A stretch of 64,000 nucleotides of DNA, from positions 62,558,001 through 62,622,000 of the forward strand of contig NC_058373.1 in the NCBI RefSeq assembly GCF_018350175.1, given 5' to 3'. The stretch comes from Felis catus (lineage: Eukaryota). Below are positions 54,231 through 64,000 of this stretch, piece by piece. The notes beneath the pieces are model-generated. The model searched no databases, was not told where the DNA came from, and worked only from the letters and a program-made list of their open reading frames with translations. A program made the translations under genes and the position numbers. Within the stretch, counting starts at the first letter, position 1. Each line of letters opens with the position of its first letter.

Positions 54231-57200
54231 AACAGAAGTAACATAACCACATCAGAAAATGATTTGAGACATGGAGAGAAGGAAAAAGTGATTCTCCTTT
54301 ATTTCCATGGTGGAAAGGAAAGTATTTCTGTGTCAGGTTCTTTTACACTATCAGTGATCTCGTATCAGCTCTTGGAGAAAGGTGTTATTATTTCCCCCCC
54401 TCCCTCTTTTGTAGATTAAAAAAAAGCCGGGACTCAGAGAGGTTAAGAAACTTACCTGAGGTCACCCAGCCAGGGTGTAGTTAGTCCCAATCAGGACCAC
54501 CCCATCTAGCGCCCGGGCCTCTTCTCTCTACATTGTCTTTCCTTTCAGGAATGCTCTTCTGAAAATATCCGGCCTGCTCTGGTAACATTATGGGCAAAGG
54601 GCTTTGGTTCATGGGAAGGTGGGGTTCATGCACACAACTGTGCGCCTTCAGGGCTCCAGGGCACAGAGGGCAGCCAGAGTCCTGGGAAGTTTACAGAGGT
54701 GTGGTGCCTGCAGCGTCCCACCCTCCAGCCCATACTTCACCCCTGCGCCTGGCCTCGGCCGGCCGCCCTGCAAGCCTTCCTCTTCTGGGAATCCTCCTTT
54801 TCCCTCTCGGGGACCCTGGTGGCATGACTTCCCCACCTCCACCCCCAGTCTTTGGCAGCAAACTGAAAGGAGAGGCCTGCATCCTCAGGGACCTCCAAAG
54901 GGGCAGTGGGGCTGCAGGGCTGAGGAGGGCAGTGGGGGCCCAATGCCCTGGGCTCCAGTTTCCGTTCTCACCATCTCCAGAGTCAGGGTCTGAGCTCGGG
55001 ATCCAGGTCCTACCAGCAGGTGGTAGGAGGCAAGGAGGCCTTGCTCGGGCAGAGGAGGTAGGCCTGTTTTGAAGGGGTGGACACAGAAGCTAGGACAGGC
55101 TGAGTGGTCTGGGGGGACAGGAGGCCTGCCGTAGGGGAGGATGTGTGTAGCAGTGGCGGACAAGGCAGAGCGAATTTACAGCAGAGGATGCTGTTTGTGG
55201 ATTCTCCCCTTCCCAACCCTAAGATGTAGGTGAGCAGAGCCTCAACTGTGGGTGTGTCCCCTCTGTCCTTGGGTACTGTGCCTTAGAGATAGTGACCGCC
55301 CACCAAGCGATTGGATGTACTGTCTGGCTGAGAGAGGTGGTCTTCCTTGCCAGAAAGTCACGAGTATAGAGGAAAGGACTCTGAGGAGCAAGAAGAGACC
55401 TTTCTGGGGGGAGCGTCTGGCCTTGAGGAGAGGAGAGGCCAAAGGGAGTCTCCCATAGTGGTAGAAGCTGTGGGTGGGGGGTCTTGGGGAGGGTGCTGAC
55501 TGGCAATGAAGACAGGATGTCACTCTCTACGACCCTTCATGCCTGTCAGCAGAGCCAGCAAGGCACCCTGCTCCTGGGCTGCTCTGTAGGGTGGGGAGGG
55601 AGGCAGGAGAACCAGGCGTCTTTCTTTACACAGTTTGGGTGGACAGGTTTCTCCCGGCAACAGGGCAAAGGTGGCTGGTCTTGGGCATGGGCTGGAGAGA
55701 GTGTGCAGGGCTGGGCGTCGGCCTCAGTGATTCAGCACAGGTGCCGTGGGGAGACCCCACCCTACCACGGAGACTTCTGGGCAAGTCACTGACCCTGATC
55801 TCCAAAAAGAAGCTAATAGCACCTGCCCTGGCTAATTCACAGATTTCAAAGCTTGATGAGATCAAATGACATCACAGGTGTGAGGCCTTTGGCAGTGCTG
55901 TTTGTCAGTGCGTGGCGTTCTCATTATTGTCAGTATTAGCACTGATGAGCTATTGACTTCCAGGCCTCATCATTCCTGCCCTTGTGCACACTGAGATCTT
56001 TCTGCGGGACATATCACCACTTTTGGCTTCTGGCATCACTGAGTATTTTACTGAGAGCCTCCTGAGACATTTCCCCCCAGCCCCAGCTTCTTCCAATGCC
56101 CTTCTTCCCCCTAGGTGACCAAACTTCCAGGTTTGCCTAAGACTGAGGGGTGTTCTGGACTCAAGACTTCCGGTGCTAAAATGGAGTCAGTTCCGGGCAA
56201 GCTGGGACAACTGGTCACTGTACTTCTCTCTCCAGCCTGTGGCTGCTTCCTCTTCCCTGTGGTGACCACGGAACGTGCTTTCACCCAGGTTGTCCTCTGC
56301 TGCCTTGAAGCGTCCAGGTTGGGTGACGCCACCTGGAGAGGGGGCATGTAATCCCTGGCCATTCCAAAGGCACCTTCCCTCTTCTCAGTGGGACAGGTCA
56401 CCTCTCAACAAGACAGAACCCTCTGCCTTCTGTCGGGCTTCTGTCCTTCTTTCTATCCTTCAAAACTGGGCCAGACCTCTTCCCTATGTCTAGAGGGTAT
56501 GACCCCCACCCACACCTCACCCCCATGAGAGGCCCCTGTGATGAGCCTCAAGTGGGGGGAGAACCTGTCTGTCCCATGCTGGCATTCCAACCTATTTGCC
56601 TGCCCAGAGGAAAGAGCCCCCTGGGTGCATGCAGGCAAGCCTGGCCTGTTCCCCACATTCGTGAGGACCCCCAGGCCTGGGTCCGGGATGCTGTCTTGAC
56701 TCCTCCCCTCTCTACTCCATGCCCCCTCCCCCATGCTGATGCTCTAAGGCCTCCTGAGGCTCCCTTGCTCACTCTTCCCTGGACTCCCACTGCTCTGTCT
56801 GGCCCAGACCCCTCCCTCCGGGATCTGAACACAGCCCCCCGCTTGTGCCACTGAGCTTGCCATCATGCGTTCACGGGATGCCCTCTCACAACTACCCCCT
56901 TGCTGAGTCTTCCTCATCCCCTTGAGGCTCAGTCGGAAAATTCCTCGGTTGGCCCGTGCCCTGTGCTGCCCTGGCTTCAGGCTAACATGGCCTGGTGTTG
57001 GCAAGTGCCAGTAAGGTGGAGTCTGGATCCTTGCCTCTCAGTTCCCTCATTGCCTCGGCCAGGTCAAGTACGCAGTGGATACCCCGTTAACGTTAACGTT
57101 GTGGGCCAGCTCTTGACAGGGTGGCACTCAGCCTCTGGTTGTGGGCAGCTCTGGGCTAGGGGTTGGGGGCAGGGGTGGGTCCTGGGTCCTGGGAGAACAC

Positions 57201-60200
57201 TGTGAGTCACCTTTGCACCCGTCATGGAGAAGAGAGCCCCAAACAAGGGAGAACCCGGGGCTTCATCTCTCACTGCTGGGCCAGGAGCTGGAAGGCATGT
57301 GATGTCCCAGCCTTGGGTGTGCCCTGGAAAGCAGAATGGAGGAGTGGGTCCCCAGATCAACCTTTTGCCTCCTGATGCCTTAAAGGGCTTCAGCCCCACC
57401 CTGCTCTGGCATGCGTGTTCTGGGGAAAGGCGAGGCCCAGACTGCCCCCGTGGCTGCAGCCTGCCCAGAGCGTGTCCTGGCCCTACTTCATGTACTCTGA
57501 GTCCTCCCCACCCAGGGCTGGGCCTGGTCTGCCCTGAGAGGCTTGCATCGCCTTGCATAGATCTCAGGTCAGGAGGAGGCAGGAAAGCAGTTTCTTGGGC
57601 CAGGAATGGCCCTGATGGAGAGTGGGTTTGCAGGAAAGGAAACCCAGGAGGCTTTAAGCCACCCTCTTGACTCTCCCTATTTGGAGGGTCGCCTGCCTAT
57701 TGTCTGGGTGCTCATGCAATCCAGCCTTGCCCGCCCTCCTCCTCAATACTCAACCACCCACCCAGAGTGGGGAAAGTGGCCCCAGTGATCTCTAAGGGTT
57801 TGGCCCCAGCCCGGAATGGTTCCCAGACACTGGGATGTGAGCCTGGAACTGGGCCTGGTGGGATCCAGAGGCAGGTGAAGCACGGGGACTGCTTCTGGCA
57901 GCATCGGCGCCAGCTGGCCAGAGATGGCAGCCAGAGCCTGGGACTTCAGAGGGGACGAGGCATGAGGGAGGGGAGCAGTCAAGGTGAACTCCCTGCAGGG
58001 GGTGGGGCAGGAGCCTGGCCTTACAGGATTTGCTGGGCAGGGGTCATCATGAAGGGAGGCTCAGAGAGGATGCTGAGGGGGTGCCTCAGGATCTCCCTAT
58101 CGGGTCACAAGTGGGCCTCACACTTCAGAAGTCTTCAGTGTGTTCAGATCCCAGCAGGCTGGCAGGAGGCAGCCGTTGGGGCCCCTCAAAGGATGCTGTA
58201 GTGGTAGCATCCACGAGGTGGCTATCACGGTTCCCGGAGGCAAGAAGAAAACTATGTTGAGCTTGACTCTGGGAGGCGTGTTGTTCCAGATATAGATAAG
58301 ACGTGTCATTTCCTTTCATCTGCCAATGACTTGGAGGAGTAGGTACACCTCATTTTACCGATGAGGACCAGAGCGATAAGGGACTGCCCTAAAGTCATAC
58401 AGTCAATGAAAGTGAAATTAATTCGGACTCCCCCATCCCACTCTGCCCCATCTTACGTCAAGGTTGAGGAAGGGCAAGGACTGGAGTGCTTACGTTTTAT
58501 TAATCAGCCCTGGGCAGGGGCAGCCATTCTGGAAACAGTGAATGAGGCCCAGGAGTGGGGTCTCTGTCAGATCTGGGCTCCCAGTCTGGGTGCGTGGTCC
58601 AGAGAGTCCCTTCCTCCCTTGCAGGCCTCTTTCCTCTTTCCTCCTCAGTGACAATCCCCAGATTTGCAGCCATCTTGTCCTCAGGATGGGCTCTGGGTAT
58701 GTATACCACGGACCACGAATACCACCCAAATACAGCCCACTCCAGGTGTGTGGCCACGGGCCCAGCTGGCAGGCCACCCGAGAGGGAGCCAGGGAAGAGC
58801 TGTTGACCAGGACCCATGGCTGAGGTGCGAGGACAATGGGTCCGCCTCAGCGCAGGGAAGAGGAGGGCACAGAGCGAAGTATCTGCGGAAACAATGTTTT
58901 GGGGGGCCACCTGGGGGTGAGGGGCAGGAAAGTGCACAGCGGCGTGGCAGGCGCCTTGGCTCCTAGTCTCTCACCTGTGACACGAAAGGCAGTGTGGCCT
59001 GGGCAGGTGGTGCTATCTCTCTGGCCCTTCTCATCAATAAAATAAGGCTTCCACAACTGTGTAGCTTCTCTAAGATGGCAGAGTTGGGAGTTCTCTAGTC
59101 TGGGGATTACAGAGACTTGAGGGAGAGGAGCTGGGGAGCTGGAGGGAAGAAGGGGAAGAGAGCCCACACCTCATCAGGATTTGTGACTCTGCTGTCCCCT
59201 AGTGGTGGCATGGAGTAACAGAGACATGGTGTCTCCCACTTCCCCCAGACAGGGGTCCTTTCTTTACCCCTCATAGGGGACTTTACCACTACTCAGCGCT
59301 GCGTGTGTTTCTGGGTGGAGAGAAAGGCAGTCAAAGCACATACGTAGGACACCCACAGCCACGCACAGGATAGCACTGGTTATTCCCTCCTGTATCTGCT
59401 CTGCGAGCGCTTGGGGAGGGTCTGTAGTTCATAAGGGCACTATGCCGGGCCCTGGGGATCTGGAGGCACTCGGTATACCATTTCTGCCCTCAGAGAGCCT
59501 CTGTCCATTGGGGGAGCAGACAAGCAAACTTCAGACTCTGGAGAAAATAGGAGAATGTAGGGCCTGCTCTGAGGGACGACGTATTGTGTAACATTTGGCA
59601 AGCACACGGCCAGCAACTCTGGGGCCCTATCTGATCACTGGTTTGTCCTAGAAAATGTGGGCCTGCAGCCCGATGGGCCTGGGGACCTTCGCTAGGTTAG
59701 GCGGTCTCTCCCTGCAGGCCCTTCCAGAAGCGGGGGGGTGTCACCCTCCCTATGGGATGGCCGGATTGCTACCTGTGCTTCCTGTCTCCCTGCCGCTCTC
59801 CTGCCCTGACCCTGGCTGGGAACAGGGGTGAGGGGCACAGCCGACCTTGCCTCATCCCTGTAGCCTCCTGTATCTACACCCCACTGCCCCAGACCTGGTT
59901 TGAGAGCCAAAGATGATGGAGAACATTAGGTCTCAGCTGCTGCGTCGCTCCATCTCAGGCTGGTGCTGTGCAGGCCTCCCGGGTCCAACAACACGGTGTG
60001 GGGTAGGTGGTGGGAAGCTTGGGGGCCAGACCACCAGGGCCTTTGGGGGCTAGGATGAAACTCAGCATCCTGTGTGAGGTAGCACACAGAGAGGGTGGGA
60101 GAAGGAGAGGGAGAGGAGAGAGAGAGAAAAAGAGAGGGAGAGGACACTGGGTACGTCACCATTGCTGGGAGTCTGACTCAGTGGGAACATCCGGCAGGAA

Positions 60201-61420
60201 AGGAAGAGACTGTGGTGGCATTTCCAAGCAGGATGGGAACTCTGGGGCTGTGGAGATTGGCTGTGGGTTAGGGGTGCTGTGTGAAGGCAGCGAGGATTTC
60301 TGCTCTGGAGACAGATCATGGGATTAGCGAAACTGAGGGCTGTTCCATCAGGAATGTGGGGGATGCAGGGACCTCTCCCTCCCATCAGGTCTTGGAGGTC
60401 GGGTCCCCGTAGCTGTTGAAATAGACCATAGGTACCCTTGATACAGAGAGACACCCCTCCTCCCAGCACCCCAAGCCTCAGCTCCCAGGGGCTCTAAGAG
60501 TGGGACTGCCAGGCAAGCCGCTTCCCTCAGCCATACTGGGAAGATTTGGAGAGAGATTTTCCTGAGAAAGGCTGCCTCCTTTCTCAGGGTAGGAGAGGAT
60601 GAAAGGCCAGTCCTGGAGAGCAAGGCCAGGAAGCGCCCAGAGTTGGGACCCTGAGTGGCCGGCTCTGGGCTGCGGTGGCACGGGCCCTGCGGGAAGGCCC
60701 ATCTCCCCATACCGAGGGGAGACTTGGACAGCTGAGCCTCTCTGGAGTGGCTGTACTTTAAAACACAGGGAAGACACTGTTCAACCTAAAGGAATGACTA
60801 ATGGTGTTATGTCAGGTATGTAGTAGTATTTGGTGGCCGAGGGGAGGTGAGCTTCTTGTTCCCCTCAAATTCCTGAAACCAGAGGTGATGAGGACAAATA
60901 GGGAGAGGCTCATTTGAGGTGGGGGCCCTCCGACTAGGATGCCCGATGGGCTCAGCTGCATCCTATAGGTTCTTTACTCCTGGGAGGAATGGAGGCTTCT
61001 GTTGGCTGCCCATCCCTCTGCAGGTGCGTCCAGGCTGGGGCTCCGCTGGGCATAGAGCCTCAGAGAAGGCAGGGCCTGGGGCAGCCAGGACCCCTGCGTG
61101 GGCCAACCTGACAGAGAAAGGTTCTTGCCCTGTCTCTGGGGACGCTGGGGCGGGGCAGGGAGAGAGGTGCTGGGCAGGGCCAGTGCCCTGGTCCTTGCCC
61201 TCTGAGAGTGGATGGGTGGGGGCGGCGGCGACAGCATTCCTGGCTGTGAGCCCAGAGGAGTCTTTTGTAATCACAACATGATCTCGTGTGCTGAGCAGTG
61301 AAGCCGGCAGGGAGAGGCCAGCAGAGGCCCGGCTCCGGTGGTGGCTCGGCGGCTCCGGCTTCCCTCCGGCTCTGGCTCCCCTGGGGCTGCTCTGGAATTC
61401 TCTCAGTGCCCGCTGTTGCC

Positions 61421-63806
61421 ATGCACTCGGCTGTGAGTGGCACCTCACCTTTGGCGGGGGGCTTCTGGGGGCTGGGAGGAGGCCGGGACGCCAGGCAGCC
61501 ACACTCTGGGGGCAGCTGGGGACAGCTGGGCCTGGGAGGAACAGGGCTGTGCCTAGGCCTGCAGGGGGCTGGGCAGGGGGCGTTTGGCTACAAGGGAGAC
61601 CCTGCAGCCACACAGGGAGAGACCTGGGGATTTCGGGGCAGAGGCATGGTTTGCTTAGGGTGGCTCCTCTGCTGGGCCTGCCCATGGAGCTGGCTCTCTC
61701 CTGCCCCGACTGCCGGAAAGAAGCTCAGGCCTGGAAAGGCTGGGCTCGCGACGGTGGCTCTTTCCCACAGGCTGGACTGCAAGCCTGGGGAGTGGGGCCC
61801 GGGGCCTGGGAGCCCAGGACAGAGCAGGGGCTTCTCTTTTTTACCGTGGTTCTGGGCCTGGGAGCCAAACAGCTCCCCTCCTCGACCTCCTGAATCCCCT
61901 GGCAACTTCCCAGTCACGGCAGGTTCCGCTGCCAGAGCCATTTATAACTCTCATTCCTGCTCGGCAGGCTCTCTCGGCAGTGGAGCTCCCTGGAGAGCCC
62001 GGGGGAGGGGCAGCCCACTGCTGAGAGCGGAGGGCCCCGTATGAGGCCCTGATCTGAACCCCTGAGGAGGCGGAGAGCTGGGCAGACAAGACTAGTAGGG
62101 TGGGGACTTGGGACCTTCCATGTGCCATCCCCCCTTGTGAGCCTAGCTCCGGAGAGCCGGGGTCCATTCGTGGTAAGAATATGGTTCTCAGGTGAATGTG
62201 AAAGTTAGGGGCCTGATAAGGGATGGGCCCGGCAGTCAGGAGCTTGGGCCCCCTGCCCTCTGCAGGGGCCTCACGGAGCTGAGTCACCCCTGAGCAGGCA
62301 GGAAGAGAAGGATGCAGAGCTGGATCGGAGGATAGTGGCCCTTCGAAAGAAGAACCAGGCCTTACTCCGCAGGTACCAGGTGAGCGGGCTGTGATGGGCC
62401 GGGAAGGGCAGCTGGGTGGGCACTCCCTGTCTGTCTCGCAGACCCCTGCATGGCGGTCTCTCCCTGCAGGCTCTAGGCCTGGGGCCAGGGTTAGGGCCAT
62501 GTGGTTCATCTCAGAAACTCTGAGAGGACCTTGGGGACTCTGTGATGCCGTGCCTCTGCCCCCTGGTGTCCCACTGGTGTCTCTCTGTGTAGGCCTGTCT
62601 GTGTGCGTCTGGGGGGCCATGGCCTGTGCTGACCCCGGGCCCTCCCGTAGGAGATCCAGGAAGACCGTCGGCAGGCGGAGCAGGGGGGCATGGCTGTGAC
62701 CGCGCAGGAATTCCTCCGACCTGATGGCCTCACTGTCACTATCAGCCAGGTTCCCGGCGTAAGCCCCACCCCGGGGTGACAGCGTGGGTTGTTCACTCCT
62801 GTAGCTGCTCTGCGAGTGCTGACGGAGGGTCTGTAGTTTACAGGGCACCATGCCAGGCCCTGGGGACCCGGCCCTGCGAGGAGGTGGAGGCCCAGCCTGC
62901 GTCAGGGGAAGACAACCGCTCCTGCTCCTCTGTTTCCTCCACTCACAGTTCTGGGGCTCACCCGTCAGTTCCCAGCCTTCTGCAGCCCAGCCCACCCAGT
63001 TCCCCTGCACCCAAAGGGCCACAGCTGAAAGGCCACCGAATAGAAGCCTCCCCATACCCTTTCCCAGTCCCATAGCCCTGCACCTGCGCTGTAAACCACA
63101 GGCTACTCCTAAAACCCAAACCCTACAGGGACAGAGAAGTGGGGCCGAAAGCCAGGAGCAGTATCGGAGGGACAAAGCCCCATTGTCCGAGTGCTTTGGA
63201 TTTCCCAGCTCAGAGATGACAGGCTGCTATGGCATCTTGGGCCCCAGGGTGGCCCCAGGGCCTGGATAACCTAATGCCACTGGCATGTGAATGCCCCATA
63301 GAATCAGCTCCTCTATGGGCATTCCAGGGAGGTCCAGGGCTGGAAGCCAGCCTTGGGGAACCTCCCAGAGGACTCAGTGCCCAGCTCTGCTCAGCCCTGC
63401 CCATGTGGCCTGAGGGCATGGCATCCCATTCCGCAGGAGAAGCGGGTGGTCAGCCGGAACTGGGTGAGATCCCTCGGACCTGAAGCAGCAGGTGCGATGC
63501 TTGAGGACGAGGAGGTGGAGTATCACACCGGTACTTTCTGCCTGGGGGACCGGGTGGAGCTGGCTGTGACCATGGAGAACAAAGCTGAGGTAAGCAGGGT
63601 GGGCGGGGGAAGCCCAGGCACCAGGCCGAAGGCCTCTTCTTACCTGGCTGTGCCACACCACCCATCCTCACCTCCTCCAGGCCAAGCGGATCGTAAGTGA
63701 GAAGCCCACCAGAGCAAAGAACCGGGGGGCAGGAGGGTCACCTGGAGGGGGCTTGGGCCGGACCCCCTCCATGCAGATGGCCGTCAGCTCGGATTCGGCA
63801 CGGAAG
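61421..63806 (+). CDS. CCDC9B: Coiled-coil domain containing 9B (C15orf52), exons 1-5; gene continues beyond window end
   Basis: Exons 61421-61432 (MHSA), 62266-62379 (..KDAELDRRIVALRKKNQALLRRYQ), 62651-62758 (EIQEDRRQAEQGGMAVT..), 63437-63589 (EKRVVSRNW..VELAVTMENKAE), 63681-63806 (AKRIVSEKPTRA..SDSARK). All GT-AG, phase 0. Confidence 0.93.
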
Positions 63807-64000
63807 GTACATCTTCAAGAGAGGATGGGGACATGAAAGTGGCAGTGCTCATTTGGGGGAGGCGGAGAAGCTGAGTCACCTATGTCCCTCATCTATGGGG
63901 ACATGCCCAGGTAGCATCAGCAAAAATTCCCACCCCTTCTTCCTTTCTCTGGCCAGTCTCCACGTTGGGCGGGCCTTGCAGTGAGAGACAGGAGAAGTCA

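Noticed and set aside
61841-63175. 444-aa minus-strand ORF
   Set aside because: Runs antisense across CCDC9B exons and introns in GC-rich DNA; low-complexity product with no homology signal.

Overview
Mammalian genomic DNA, almost certainly a felid given the abundant SINEC/Can-SINE elements and carnivore-type L1 3' ends. It carries the conserved block IVD - KNSTRN - DISP2 - PHGR1 - CCDC9B (human 15q15.1 order, inverted in this window). Manual GT-AG exon reconstruction gives IVD exons 1-4 (minus, truncated at the left edge), complete KNSTRN/SKAP (9 exons, minus), complete DISP2 (8 exons, 1399 aa, minus), complete PHGR1 (4 exons including an 8-nt microexon, minus, true frame absent from the ORF track) and CCDC9B exons 1-5 (plus, truncated at the right edge). 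A TSD-flanked HNRNPA1 processed pseudogene with two N-gaps lies antisense in KNSTRN intron 6. There are many SINEs, L1 fragments, a Tigger element and nested ERV LTRs. Main leads: (1) an in-frame TAG in exon 1 of the long KNSTRN isoform that simultaneously creates an in-frame GT donor, in an exon packed with G2/M promoter motifs; (2) a PHGR1 with a different 21-aa His/Cys repeat and an in-frame upstream ATG; (3) a split RE1/REST element in the DISP2 5'UTR; (4) a disabled long CCDC9B start that now forms a uORF. No wholly new gene system is supported. Comparisons with human orthologues are from memory and need checking by alignment.
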